The notes beneath the pieces are model-generated. The model was given only the letters and a program-made list of their open reading frames with translations. It did no database searches and was not told where the DNA came from. From Cyanobacteriota bacterium (GTDB lineage Bacteria; Cyanobacteriota; Cyanobacteriia; PCC-6307; Cyanobiaceae): a stretch of 64,000 bases of DNA. Below are positions 46,445 through 57,050 of the stretch, piece after piece; positions within the stretch are counted from its first letter, which is position 1; each line of letters starts with the position of its first letter. A program made the translations under genes and the position numbers. The stretch lies in assembly GCA_046052125.1 (NCBI GenBank), contig JBJOMY010000003.1, positions 64,001 to 128,000 on the forward strand, written 5' to 3'.

Positions 46445-47221
46445 TCATCTGGCCTCCAACGCAGCTCCGGGAACCACCACGGGATGCATGTCGCCGGTGT
46501 GCGACACCAAGAACGCTTCGATCCATTCGTGGTGACGCCGCTGGCAGATCCGATCGGCGATCGAGGGGGCATCAGCCGGCACCTGAAAGCGCTTGCGGAA
46601 CGCCTTGGTGAAGCCCTCCAGAGCAGGGCGGGGCAACCCCCGCACGGTGGCCAGGATCTGCTGGACGGTGGCGGGATCGAGGGGTTCCAGGCCCACCTCT
46701 GCCGTGGGCTCGGCAGCGGCGCTGTTGCGCTGAGGCGCCGGTGTGTGGCGGACTGGTGCGGGAACAGTTGAGCTGGTGACCTCCCGCTGCTGCTTGTCGT
46801 AGAGCGCCAGCCCAAACGGATTGCCGAAGGTCATCAGCGCCCGCTTCATGGCGTCGGTCTCGGCCTCCTTGAGGGCGGACTCGTGGGCCTGGCCCAGGTC
46901 GGCGTCGATGCCGTGGCCGGCACCGCTGCCCTCTCGGATGACATCGCCGACACGGATACGAACGCGAGCGGTGTAAGTGACACCCCAGCCAGCACGGCTG
47001 CTGCTGCCCAGGGTGCGCTCCCGCTCAGAGACGCACTGCACGGCGATCGTTTCGCGCTGCCAGCCATCGAAGCCAAAGATGCGGTTGGCTTCTGCGATGG
47101 CTTGCCAACCCTCCAGGTAGGCCAGGGAGCGGCCAGCCTGGCTGCGGGTCTGGACCTTGGCGCGATCGAGTGGGGCACTGAGAGCAGCGATCTGCTCGGG
47201 GGAGAAGACAGCGGTGGCCAT
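46445..47221 (-). CDS. Rad52/Rad22 (Sak-like) single-strand annealing protein
   Basis: AYLEGWQAIAEANRIFGFDGW, REGSGAG, KEAETDAMKRALMTFGNPFGLALYDK. Confidence 0.95.
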   Translation of the reverse strand: MATAVFSPEQIAALSAPLDRAKVQTRSQAGRSLAYLEGWQAIAEANRIFGFDGWQRETIAVQCVSERERTLGSSSRAGWGVTYTARVRIRVGDVIREGSGAGHGIDADLGQAHESALKEAETDAMKRALMTFGNPFGLALYDKQQREVTSSTVPAPVRHTPAPQRNSAAAEPTAEVGLEPLDPATVQQILATVRGLPRPALEGFTKAFRKRFQVPADAPSIADRICQRRHHEWIEAFLVSHTGDMHPVVVPGAALEAR

Positions 47222-47316
47222 GGTGGAGCTCCGGGCGAAAAGGGCTGGGGATTGCAATTGAGGGACGTGGGCCCGCCCGTACAGCAGGCCCATGTCGACG
47301 GGGGGCTCTGCCCCCC

Positions 47317-47943
47317 TCAGTGGATGCGCCAGCTGCGGCGGGAGAGGAGCTGGGCGCCGGTGATCTGGCGGCCGGCCTTGAGGGCCTCTTTGATGGCGGC
47401 CTTGTCCGGCTTGCTGGTGGTGGTGACGGCGAGCCATTCGGAATCGAGGGCCTGCTCGTCGTCGATCACGACGGCCGTGGATTTGCGGCTGCTGAGCTCG
47501 TGGTTCGGGAACGAGAACCGGGTGGCGCTGGGCTGCAGCTGGGTGAGGACAAAGATCAGCGACTCCTCAAGGGCATCGGCTCGGCCTGCATCGGAGCGGG
47601 CCAGATCGCTGAGGCGCTTGGCCTGCTGCTGGCGGTAAGCGGCCTGGCCACGCAGGTGTTCGATCACCCAGCAGGTGGCATCGGCCTTGGCTGAAAGGGC
47701 CTGCTTGTTGCCCTCTTCTGCCAGCAGGGCGGCCTCCAGCTCAGCCAAAGCTGATGCGCGCTGTTCGGGGTCATCGCCTTCCAGCTGCTCAGCCAGCTGG
47801 CCGATGGCGGTGGTGAGCTCTTGGGCCTCGATGCCCAGCTGCCACAGCGAACCGGACCGCTGGAGGGAACAGACCGGACCTGCCGCTGAGGGAGCCGACT
47901 CCAGGACAGCAGCGGAGGCGGGGATGGGAGTGAGAACAGCCAT
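47317..47943 (-). CDS. Siphovirus Gp157 family protein
   Basis: Coiled coil, SRKSTAVVIDDE..L..EW, PDKAAIKEALKAG..ITGAQL. Confidence 0.88.
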   Translation of the reverse strand: MAVLTPIPASAAVLESAPSAAGPVCSLQRSGSLWQLGIEAQELTTAIGQLAEQLEGDDPEQRASALAELEAALLAEEGNKQALSAKADATCWVIEHLRGQAAYRQQQAKRLSDLARSDAGRADALEESLIFVLTQLQPSATRFSFPNHELSSRKSTAVVIDDEQALDSEWLAVTTTSKPDKAAIKEALKAGRQITGAQLLSRRSWRIH

Positions 47944-48002
47944 GAGGGTGTGGGGAATGAATGAACCAGAGACAGAACGGAGCGCCGATAGGGCGGAAGG
48001 CT

Positions 48003-48521
48003 TCAGGAGCGGGCGGAGGCAGGAACAGCCCAGAGCCCGGCCGAGGGGCTGACTTGCGCAACCGAGATCGGCACCGGAGATCGGGGGGCCATGCTCCGGG
48101 CCTGCTGCACCAGCGAGGCGGTGCCTGCGCCGCCGGGGAAGGCCACCACCAGCACCGAAGCGATCGAGCCGGGGGAGGTGTGAGCCACTGCTCGGGCAAT
48201 GGCCTGCTGGAGCAGCTCACGATTGCGGATTGGCCCGGCGGCCCGGCCGTGGCGCTCCCACTGGGCCGGCATCACCAGAGACGACCAGCCCAGCTGATGG
48301 GCCGCTCGGCCGATGGCGGCATCGGCGCCGCGGGCACCGCCATGGAGCAGCAGGTGCACCAGCCTGCCGCCGCTACGGGCGAGCAGCTCAGCGGCGACCC
48401 GCTGATGCGGCCAGGCCAGATCACGGCCGCCACCAGCCGCGATCACAAGCGAGTAAGCAGAGCCCGAAAGCGGCTCGAGTGAATGACAAATAACCATGGA
48501 ATCAGTTGCCAAAAGTGACAA
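48003..48521 (-). CDS. SLOG/DUF2493 (YspA-like) protein
   Basis: AAGGGRD, LHGGARGAD, AQWERHGRAAGPIRN, VAFPGGAGT; start uncertain. Confidence 0.85.
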   Translation of the reverse strand: MSLLATDSMVICHSLEPLSGSAYSLVIAAGGGRDLAWPHQRVAAELLARSGGRLVHLLLHGGARGADAAIGRAAHQLGWSSLVMPAQWERHGRAAGPIRNRELLQQAIARAVAHTSPGSIASVLVVAFPGGAGTASLVQQARSMAPRSPVPISVAQVSPSAGLWAVPASARS

Positions 48522-48633
48522 CTGATCGGGGCATCATAACCGCTCAGAGATACGCGGCTTTGATGGCGAGATCAGGCGATGAGGTTGCCGCAGGCGATGG
48601 GCTCGGGGCCTTTGGCGTAACCCTTATTCTACC

Positions 48634-48647
48634 AGTACAGATGCACT
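48634..48647. promoter_or_regulatory. LexA-box-like site
   Basis: AGTACAGATGCACT, one mismatch from AGTAC-N4-GTACT, upstream of the SLOG-gp157-rad52 genes. Confidence 0.6.
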
Positions 48648-49175
48648 CTAGAGGCAGCAGAGCCACTGCGATGCAATGGATCTACGAAAAGCTGAGCTCC
48701 ATAGAGGAGCCCCGGCTCGCTGAGAATCAAGACCATCAGATCTGAGCCGAATCAACCCGCCCCCGCCGCGCAGCTGCGAGAGAATCGCTGGGGCCCCTAT
48801 GGCAGCTACCGCCGGTGACCAGCCCTTAGGCCACCGCAGCCGCGGGAGAGCAGCACGGCAAGCGTGACCTTCGCCACCCATCCCGGCGGCGGCGAGGAGC
48901 AAGGCCAACATGCGAGCGCAAGGGTCGGTGACCGCGTAGCGGCCTCACCGACTCGCGCAGCCCTTGCGCCGCATGGCACCATCGCGCCCCGCTGCCGGGT
49001 GGGGACTTCAGTGCCCGATATCCAATTGCTGGAAGAGCTTCAGAGATTTGAGGGAAGACGTTCCGCGAAGCGCCTGGAGGCGCCTGCCGCTCAGCGCCCA
49101 GAGGTCTCCGCAACAGGCGATTTCGCAATCAATCGAGGGCTAAGAGGGCCTGGGAGAGGGGGCCCCGGATGGCCG

Positions 49176-49199
49176 GCCATCTCACATGCCATCTCACAT
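49176..49199. repeat. Tandem 12-bp direct repeat, candidate integrase arm-type sites
   Basis: GCCATCTCACAT twice, about 30 bp from the tRNA 3' end on the island side. Confidence 0.65.
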
Positions 49200-49227
49200 G
49201 GCCCTTGGCCAATCCCTGAGAAGTCAA

Positions 49228-49301
49228 TCGGGGCGACAGGATTCGAACCTGCGACCTAGTGCTCCCAAAGCACCCGCGCTACCAAGCTGCGCCACGCCCC
49301 G
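49228..49301 (-). tRNA. trnP: tRNA-Pro(UGG)
   Basis: CGGGGCGTGGCGCAGCTTGGTAGCGC-GGTGC-TTTGGGA-GCACT-AGGTC-GCAGGTTCGAATCCTGT-CGCCCCGA cloverleaf. Confidence 0.98.
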
Positions 49302-49313
49302 CCGCACCGGAGC

Positions 49314-49559
49314 TTACCCGTCGCCCTTGCTGGGTGCAGAGATCCACTGCACGGTGCAGCGGTAGCGGGCAGAGAGGTCGCGGATCAGCGTGGTGCACTT
49401 CACGCCTGTGATCTGGCTTCCGGCCGGCATCGAGACGCTGGCGTTGGCGATGGCGTCGGTTTTGCTGATGATCGATCCGGCGGTCACGGAGCCCGCATGG
49501 GCTGGGGCTGTGCCCAGCAGCGCGAGCAGTGCCAGCCAAGTGGTGCGTTGAGGCTTCAC
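49314..49559 (-). CDS. Small secreted hypothetical protein
   Basis: Signal peptide ending PAHA, two Cys. Confidence 0.6.
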   Translation of the reverse strand: MKPQRTTWLALLALLGTAPAHAGSVTAGSIISKTDAIANASVSMPAGSQITGVKCTTLIRDLSARYRCTVQWISAPSKGDG

Positions 49560-49662
49560 GGCTGCTGCGTGGCGCTTGATGCACCGGTCTACTGGTTGCG
49601 ATGGCGTCGCTGGCGCCTGGCTTGAGGCCCGTTACAACGACCCCAGCCATTGCCGGGCTGGT

Positions 49663-50358
49663 GTGAAAGGTCAGCGACTGGTTCTCGGATTGTTCGCCTG
49701 GTGCACAACGCTGGCCTTGGCGACCCAGGCTGACCCCAGCCCGATCGCTGACGGCGCATCCGCATTACCGCCCAAGCCAGCCCTGATTCCAGAGGCGACG
49801 CCCGTTGCCGATGTGGTGCTGGTCAGCGCGATGACCGCGGGACTGTCGCGCGATGACGCCTGGCCTCTGCGCCCCGGGGAACCGTTGCGGCTTGTCTACC
49901 CCTTGGCCACGGCCGCCGAAGAGATCGATCCCTACGGCTGGCGTTACTCCGAAAGCCGTCAGGCCTGGCGCATGCACGCCGGCCAAGACCTGGTGGCTCC
50001 TGAGGGCACACCGATCCTGGCGATGTTGCCGGGGCACGTGGTGCTGGTGGAGGAGCTCGATGGCTATGGCCTCACCGTGGTGCTCGATCACGGTCGTGGT
50101 TGGCAGACGCTCTATGCCCATTTGCAGGCGGCCTCTGTGCAGCCAGGCGATTTCCTGCCGGCGGCCACCCCCTTGGGCACCGTGGGTCAAAGCGGCCGCG
50201 CCAGTGGCCCCCATCTGCACGTGGAGCTGCGTCGCCGCGACGGCGATCGCATGTTGGCCCTTGATCCCACGCCGTTGCTGGAACAGGCCACGCGTTTGTT
50301 ACCCGTGGCGCCGCCATCGCTGCAGCAGGCTCAGGGGATCACGTCTGCCCAGCCTTGA
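49663..50358 (+). CDS. M23 family metallopeptidase
   Basis: HAGQD, TLYAHL, GPHLHVELR. Confidence 0.92.
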   Translation: MKGQRLVLGLFAWCTTLALATQADPSPIADGASALPPKPALIPEATPVADVVLVSAMTAGLSRDDAWPLRPGEPLRLVYPLATAAEEIDPYGWRYSESRQAWRMHAGQDLVAPEGTPILAMLPGHVVLVEELDGYGLTVVLDHGRGWQTLYAHLQAASVQPGDFLPAATPLGTVGQSGRASGPHLHVELRRRDGDRMLALDPTPLLEQATRLLPVAPPSLQQAQGITSAQP

Positions 50359-51044
50359 TCCGGATTGAGCGATCTGGCCTGCAGCTGCGCCACGCTCCGG
50401 CCTGGCTGCAGCAGCGGGGCCTCAACACCCAGAACCTTCGGCAGGCCTTGGGCAGCGGCTTGGCCTGGGAGCAACCCCTGGTCACGGTGTATGGAAAGCA
50501 GCACCGCACGCCACGGCTCACCTGCTGGGTGGCCGATCCCGGCTGCTCCTACCGCTACAGCGGCCTGCAGCAGCGCATCCATCCCTGGACCGAGGAGCTC
50601 TCGCTGCTGCGCGAGCTCCTCCACGAGCAGCTCGGCGTGCGCTTCAACAGCCTCTTGCTCAATCGCTACCGCGATGGCGCGGATTGCATGGGCTGGCATG
50701 CCGACGACGAACCTGAACTCGACGTTCACGCACCGATCGCCTCCCTCAGCCTTGGCGTGGCCCGTGATCTCCGTTTTCGGCCGCGTCAAGGCGGCGAAGC
50801 GCCCTTTGCGATCAACCTGGCTGACGGGGATTTATTGGTGATGGATCCGCCCAGCCAGCGCCACTGGCAGCACGCGTTGCCCGCGCGGGCGCGGGTGGTG
50901 GCGGAGCGGATCAACCTCACCTTTCGGGTGATTCAGCCCAGCACGGCAATGCAGTCGATCTCCACCCGGGCCCCCTTGGGCAGGGCGGCCACCTCCACGC
51001 AAGCCCGAGCCGGCGATACACCAGCGCCGAACACCTCGGCATAA
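50355..51044 (+). CDS. AlkB-like 2OG-Fe(II) dioxygenase
   Basis: LLNRYRDG.D.MGWHADDE, WQHALP, RINLTFR. Confidence 0.92.
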   Translation: MIRIERSGLQLRHAPAWLQQRGLNTQNLRQALGSGLAWEQPLVTVYGKQHRTPRLTCWVADPGCSYRYSGLQQRIHPWTEELSLLRELLHEQLGVRFNSLLLNRYRDGADCMGWHADDEPELDVHAPIASLSLGVARDLRFRPRQGGEAPFAINLADGDLLVMDPPSQRHWQHALPARARVVAERINLTFRVIQPSTAMQSISTRAPLGRAATSTQARAGDTPAPNTSA

Positions 51045-51331
51045 AGGGCATTTACCTTGGCGAAATCCCCCAGATCGGCCAGAAACACGGTGGTGCGCAC
51101 CACCTGCTGGGGCGTGCAGCCGGCTTCCTGCAGCACCGCTTTCAGATTGGCGAGCACCTGGCGGGTTTCGGCCTCCACATCGCCATCGCCCACCATGGCC
51201 CCGGTGGTTGGGTCGAGGGCGATCTGGCCGCTGCAATAGAGCACGCCGCCGGCCTTCACGGCCTGGTTGTAAGGACCCACCGGTGCCGGAGCAGCGCTCG
51301 TTGTCACGGCTTCGATCGTGGGGCTGGTCAT
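50933..51331 (-). CDS. ridA: RidA/YjgF family deaminase
   Basis: APAPVGPYNQA, SGQIALDP, PARACVEVAALPKG..VEIDCIA. Confidence 0.95.
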   Translation of the reverse strand: MTSPTIEAVTTSAAPAPVGPYNQAVKAGGVLYCSGQIALDPTTGAMVGDGDVEAETRQVLANLKAVLQEAGCTPQQVVRTTVFLADLGDFAKVNALYAEVFGAGVSPARACVEVAALPKGARVEIDCIAVLG

Positions 51332-51374
51332 GCGGGAGAGAAGATGGGCGCTGAGCCTATGGCGAACCCGCCTG

Positions 51375-52487
<1,113 letters not shown>

Positions 52488-52495
52488 AGCAGCGA

Positions 52496-53263
52496 TCAGC
52501 CCTTCCAGAGATCTTTGCTGCCGCGTAGGCGCCGCAGGCTGGCAGGGTCCGCTGCCCGGACAAACAGGTTCGTGGCGCGCTCCATCGCGATGCTGGTGGG
52601 GATCGTGGGCTTGCCCTCGTCCCGCATCTGAAGCACGGCGGCTAGCCGCTCGTTGATCGCGGCGTTGGCCGGCTCTTCCGCTGCGGCCCAGCGCAAATTG
52701 CCAGCGGTGTACTCGTGGGCGCACCACACCTGGGTGGCCTCCGGCAGGGAGGCCAGCTGCTGCAGCGAGTGGTGCATCTGCTCCGGGGTGCCTTCAAACA
52801 GGCGGCCGCAACCGGCGGCAAACAGAGTGTCACCGCAGAAGAGGTGGCCGTCATCTCCTGAGGCGGGAGGCAGATAAAAGGCGATGTGGTGAGCCGTGTG
52901 GCCGGGCACCTCCAGCACCCGGGCGGTGCGCCCCAGGAGTTCGAGCTCCTCGCCGCCCTGCACCCCTTGGGTTTGCAGCGGAATGCGGGTCCGATCGGCA
53001 GCGCTGGCGATTACTGCAGCTGCAGGCCAGCGCTGCAGCAAGCCCGCGGCGCCACCGATGTGGTCGTGGTGGTGGTGGGTGTGCAGGATCGCGGCGAGGC
53101 TCAGCTGCCGCTCCTCCAGCCAGGCGATCACCGGCTCTGCCACGGCAGGGTCCACCACCACGGCTGGACCGGGCCCCTCGCCGTGGAGCACAAACACGTA
53201 GTTGTCGTTGAGCACCGGAATCAGCGACACCCGGCTGGCGCCCGTGGTGGTGGCCTGTTGCAT
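52496..53263 (-). CDS. gloB: Hydroxyacylglutathione hydrolase
   Basis: [36 protein letters not shown]. Confidence 0.96.
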   Translation of the reverse strand: MQQATTTGASRVSLIPVLNDNYVFVLHGEGPGPAVVVDPAVAEPVIAWLEERQLSLAAILHTHHHHDHIGGAAGLLQRWPAAAVIASAADRTRIPLQTQGVQGGEELELLGRTARVLEVPGHTAHHIAFYLPPASGDDGHLFCGDTLFAAGCGRLFEGTPEQMHHSLQQLASLPEATQVWCAHEYTAGNLRWAAAEEPANAAINERLAAVLQMRDEGKPTIPTSIAMERATNLFVRAADPASLRRLRGSKDLWKG

Positions 53264-53292
53264 CGTTAAAGTCCCGGTTCAGGCTGCCTCCC

Positions 53293-53940
53293 ATGATCAC
53301 CGTCGCGCTGGCCAAGGGAGCCCTCCTCAAGGATTCGGTGGCTCGCTTCGCCGCTGCGGGGCTCGATTTCGCTGCCGTGCTCGAGCCGGGCAATCGCCAG
53401 CTGATGGTGCCCAGCGCCTGCGGCCGCGCCCGTGCGTTGCTGGTGCGGAACGCCGATGTGCCCGTGTATGTGGCCTACGGCCAGGCCCAGCTCGGGGTGG
53501 TGGGCTACGACGTGCTGCGCGAACACCAGCTGCCGGTGGCCCATCTGGTGGATTTGGGATTTGGCGGTTGCCGCATGAGCGTGGCGGTGAAGGCCACCAG
53601 CCCCTACCGCCGCGCCGCCGACCTGCCCGCCCATTGCCGCATTGCCAGCAAGTTCACCCGCTGCGCTGAGGAGTACTTCGAGGCCCTGGATTTGCCGGTG
53701 GAGCTGATCCACCTGGCCGGATCCGTAGAGCTCGGCCCGATCACCGGCATGAGCGAGGCGATTGTCGACCTGGTCGCCACCGGCCGCACACTGGTGGAAA
53801 ACGGCCTGATCGCCATCGAAGATCTCTTCCACTCCACGGCCCGTTTGGTGGGGCATCCCCTGGCGCTGCGCCTTGATGGCGGGGAGCTGCAGGCGATCGT
53901 GGATCAGATCGCGGCGGTGTCCAGCCGGCCGGCGGCCTGA
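53293..53940 (+). CDS. hisG: ATP phosphoribosyltransferase (short form)
   Basis: [38 protein letters not shown]. Confidence 0.97.
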   Translation: MITVALAKGALLKDSVARFAAAGLDFAAVLEPGNRQLMVPSACGRARALLVRNADVPVYVAYGQAQLGVVGYDVLREHQLPVAHLVDLGFGGCRMSVAVKATSPYRRAADLPAHCRIASKFTRCAEEYFEALDLPVELIHLAGSVELGPITGMSEAIVDLVATGRTLVENGLIAIEDLFHSTARLVGHPLALRLDGGELQAIVDQIAAVSSRPAA

Positions 53941-55739
53941 TGGCCCATCTCGATCGACAACGACTGCTGCGACTGCTGCCCTACCTGGGCCGCGATCGCC
54001 GGCGCCTCCTGCTCACCCTGGTGCTGCTGATCCCAGTGGCCGGTGCGGCTGCGGTGCAGCCCTTGCTGGTGGGGCAAGCCATTTCCGCGTTGCGTCAGGA
54101 GCCGGTGCTGGCCTGGCTTGAACCTCTGCCCCTGGCGCAACAGCTGCGCACCTTGGTGTTGCTGCTGCTCGTTGCGGTGTTGGTGAGGCTGGGGCTGCAG
54201 GGCCTGCAGAGCTTCAACGTGCAGGCGGTGGGTCAGCGGCTTACGGCCCGGATCCGCAACGACCTCTTCGCCCACGCCCTCGATCTCTCCCTGCGCTTCC
54301 ACGACCGCACGCCGGTGGGCAAGCTGCTCACCCGCCTCACCAGCGATGTGGACGCCCTGGCCGAGGTGTTCGGCAGCGGCGCGGTGGGCTTGCTGGCGGA
54401 TCTGGTCACCCTGCTGGTGATCGCCGCCACGATGATCGCGATCGAACCGCGATTGGGAGTGTTGCTGCTGGCCTCCCAGGTGCCGGTCACGCTCACCATG
54501 CTCTGGCTGCAGCGCCGCTACCGCAAAGCCAACTACCGGGTGCGCGAGGAGCTCAGCCAGCTCAACGCCGATCTTCAGGAAAACCTGCAAGGTCTTGAGG
54601 TGGTTCAGATGTTCCGCCGCGAGGCCTACAACTCCGCCCGTTTCGGCCGCACCACTGAGGCCTACCGCCAGGCGGTGAACGGCACAATCTTCTACGACTC
54701 CGCCATCTCCGCTCTGATCGAGTGGGTGTCGCTCGGGGCGATTGCCTTGGTGCTCGCCCTGGGTGGCTGGATGGTGACCGCCGGGGCCATGGGCCTGGGC
54801 ACCCTCACCACCTTCATCCTCTATTCGCAGCGCCTGTTTGATCCGCTGCGCCAGCTGGCGGAACGCTTCACCCAGATCCAGGGCGGCCTCACCGCTGTGG
54901 AACGGATCGGCGAGCTGATGGAGGAGCCGATCGAGATTCAGGAGCTGCCCCAGGAGCAGCGCTCCGCAGCGGCGCTGGTGAGCGGCGGCAAGCGCAGCAG
55001 CGCCGGTGAGGTGGTGTTCGACAACGTGTCGTTCGCCTACCGCTCCGACGATCCGATCCTCACCAACCTCTCCTTCCGCATCGCCCCCGGCGAGCACGTG
55101 GCCCTCGTGGGCCCCACCGGATCGGGCAAGAGCACGGTGATCCGATTGCTCTGCCGCCTCTATGAACCGCAGCAGGGCCGGATCCTGCTGGATGGCATCG
55201 ACATTCGCGAACTGCCGATCCCCACCCTGCGCCAACGGCTCGGCGTGGTGCTGCAGGACACCTTCCTGTTCAGCGGCAACGTGGCCGACAACCTCCGCCT
55301 CGACGGCTCGATCAGCGACGCTGACCTGCAGCGCCTCTGCAGTGAGTTGGGGCTCGACCCGCTGCTGCAGCGCTTGCCTCAAGGGCTCTCCACGGAGCTG
55401 CGCGAGCGCGGCGGCAATCTCTCCTCCGGTGAACGCCAGCTGCTGGCGGTCGCGCGTGTAGCGATCCGCGACCCCTCGGTGCTGGTGATGGATGAGGCCA
55501 CCGCTTTCCTCGATCCCTCCACCGAGGCCACCCTTCAATGCGACCTCGATCGTTTGCTCTGCGATCGAACCGCCATCGTGATCGCCCACCGTTTGGCCAC
55601 CGTGGAGGCGGCCGATCGGATCCTTGTATTGAAGCGCGGCCGGCTGATTGAGCAGGGCAGTCACAAAGTGCTGCGGGCTGCGGGTGGTCTCTACGCGCAG
55701 TTGGCGGAGCTCCAGGAGCGGGGGCTCGCCAGGCTCTGA
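53940..55739 (+). CDS. ABC exporter, fused permease/ATPase
   Basis: TM domain plus GPTGSGKS, LSSGERQL, VMDEAT, IAHRL. Confidence 0.95.
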   Translation: MAHLDRQRLLRLLPYLGRDRRRLLLTLVLLIPVAGAAAVQPLLVGQAISALRQEPVLAWLEPLPLAQQLRTLVLLLLVAVLVRLGLQGLQSFNVQAVGQRLTARIRNDLFAHALDLSLRFHDRTPVGKLLTRLTSDVDALAEVFGSGAVGLLADLVTLLVIAATMIAIEPRLGVLLLASQVPVTLTMLWLQRRYRKANYRVREELSQLNADLQENLQGLEVVQMFRREAYNSARFGRTTEAYRQAVNGTIFYDSAISALIEWVSLGAIALVLALGGWMVTAGAMGLGTLTTFILYSQRLFDPLRQLAERFTQIQGGLTAVERIGELMEEPIEIQELPQEQRSAAALVSGGKRSSAGEVVFDNVSFAYRSDDPILTNLSFRIAPGEHVALVGPTGSGKSTVIRLLCRLYEPQQGRILLDGIDIRELPIPTLRQRLGVVLQDTFLFSGNVADNLRLDGSISDADLQRLCSELGLDPLLQRLPQGLSTELRERGGNLSSGERQLLAVARVAIRDPSVLVMDEATAFLDPSTEATLQCDLDRLLCDRTAIVIAHRLATVEAADRILVLKRGRLIEQGSHKVLRAAGGLYAQLAELQERGLARL

Positions 55740-56455
55740 GCCTCGTCGCTGCGTTTGGGTAGACCCTGCTGCTCCAACCACTCGTTGAGCAGCGCCGCCA
55801 GCTGGGTTGGGGCGGTGCGCATCAGCAGATGGCCCTCGCCCTCCAGGAGTTCGAACTGGTGCTCGGCGCTGTAGCCCGCCAGGTGGCGCACGTAACGCGG
55901 CTCCATCACCGTGTCGCGGCTGCCGGCCACCCAGAGGCTGGGCACCTGCAGTTGCGCCACCAGCCCCGGCAGCTGTTGCACCGCTCCCCGTTGCATGCTC
56001 GAAGCGAGCAATCCGCGCGCCGCCCGCAGCTCAGCCACCAGGGGGCTGCGGATCGCTTCGGTGCCGGGCAGCTGCGCCAGCCAGCTGGGGCGCCAGCGCA
56101 GGAAGGCCGCTCCACCGCGGCGCACCATCCGGAAGGGTCGGGGTTGAAACACCCCCCCGCCGGCCGCCACCTGCACCACGCCAGCCAGCTGATCGCCCAG
56201 GTGCCCCGCGGCATGCACCACCAGGCTGCCGCCGAGGGAATGGCCGATCAGTACCAGCGGCCGATCACCGGCCTGCTCTCGTGCCGCATCCGCCAGCCAG
56301 CGCCCGTAACTCGCCAGGCTGGGCTGCAGCCCGCGGGGCCGCGGCTGATCACCAAAACCCGGCAGGTCCGGGCTCCAGCTGTCCCAGTAGGGGTTGAGCT
56401 GGTCGGTGAGCGGTTGCCAGAGCCGGCCCGAGAGCAACCAGCCGTGCACACACAC
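55691..56455 (-). CDS. Alpha/beta-fold hydrolase
   Basis: VHGW, DLPGFG, GHSLGG, C-terminal GH; start uncertain because there is no in-frame upstream ATG. Confidence 0.9.
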   Translation of the reverse strand: MCVHGWLLSGRLWQPLTDQLNPYWDSWSPDLPGFGDQPRPRGLQPSLASYGRWLADAAREQAGDRPLVLIGHSLGGSLVVHAAGHLGDQLAGVVQVAAGGGVFQPRPFRMVRRGGAAFLRWRPSWLAQLPGTEAIRSPLVAELRAARGLLASSMQRGAVQQLPGLVAQLQVPSLWVAGSRDTVMEPRYVRHLAGYSAEHQFELLEGEGHLLMRTAPTQLAALLNEWLEQQGLPKRSDEAQSLASPRSWSSANCA

Positions 56456-56540
56456 CAGCAGGGGGGAGCGCTTCAGGGGAGCTTCCGGTGCTTGAAGGGT
56501 CTCCAGCCTGCATCAGCTTTGGCCAGAGTGGGGGAGGATC

Positions 56541-57041
56541 ATGCCAATGCTTAGCTCTCCCACCACCGAGCTCGAGGGCCTTTACGGGCTGGGCCACCGC
56601 GTTTGCCCCACGCCCAATCCCCAGCTCAGCCTGGTGCTTAGCACCTGCCGGGAGATCGATCTCTATGAGCTCGAGCAGCTCTGCGATGCCGTGGGCTGGA
56701 GCCGCCGGCCGCTTCGGCGTGTGCGCAAGGCCCTGGAGAACAGCTTGCTGGTGGTGGGCCTCTGGCGTCACGACCCGCGCCTGCCGCGTTTGGTGGGCTT
56801 TGCCCGCTGCACCGGCGATGGCGTGATCGAAGCCACCGTGTGGGATGTGGCGGTTCACCCCCTGTATCAGGGCGTTGGCTTGGGCAAACAGCTGATGACC
56901 TACGTGATCGATCTGCTGCGGGCTCAGCAGGTGGAGCGCATCACCTTGTTTGCCGATCCGGGTGTGGTGGAGTTTTACAGCGCCCAAGGCTGGGAGCTTG
57001 AGCCCCAGCAGCGCCGCTGTGCCTTCTGGTACGCCCCCTGA
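56541..57041 (+). CDS. GNAT acetyltransferase (Ycf52-like)
   Basis: LCDAVGWSRRP, WDVAVHP.YQG.GLG, LFADP.VV.FY. Confidence 0.93.
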   Translation: MPMLSSPTTELEGLYGLGHRVCPTPNPQLSLVLSTCREIDLYELEQLCDAVGWSRRPLRRVRKALENSLLVVGLWRHDPRLPRLVGFARCTGDGVIEATVWDVAVHPLYQGVGLGKQLMTYVIDLLRAQQVERITLFADPGVVEFYSAQGWELEPQQRRCAFWYAP

Positions 57042-57050
57042 ACGGCTGCT

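Larger units (their letters stand above)
1..49227. mobile_element. Large genomic island / integrative phage-like element at the 3' end of tRNA-Pro; left boundary outside the window; probably mosaic
   Basis: Phage head genes, TA systems, R-M, ArdC, Rad52 and metal-resistance cargo run continuously up to the tRNA 3' end, with housekeeping genes on the other side. No integrase seen in the window. Confidence 0.8.

Noticed and set aside
47250..47321. TGAGGG...CCCTCA branched hairpin upstream of rad52
   Set aside because: Resembles the hairpin family but lacks the CAAGG/CCTTG core and overlaps the gp157 stop, so it may just be a terminator; not counted
50933..51044. 112-bp convergent overlap of alkB and ridA
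   Set aside because: The AlkB domain ends at RINLTFR; the extension is probably a neutral run-on to the next stop
56455..56513. Possible frameshift at the G6 run upstream of the alpha/beta hydrolase
   Set aside because: The frame stays open upstream and a GTG/CTG start suffices; cannot be called without homologues
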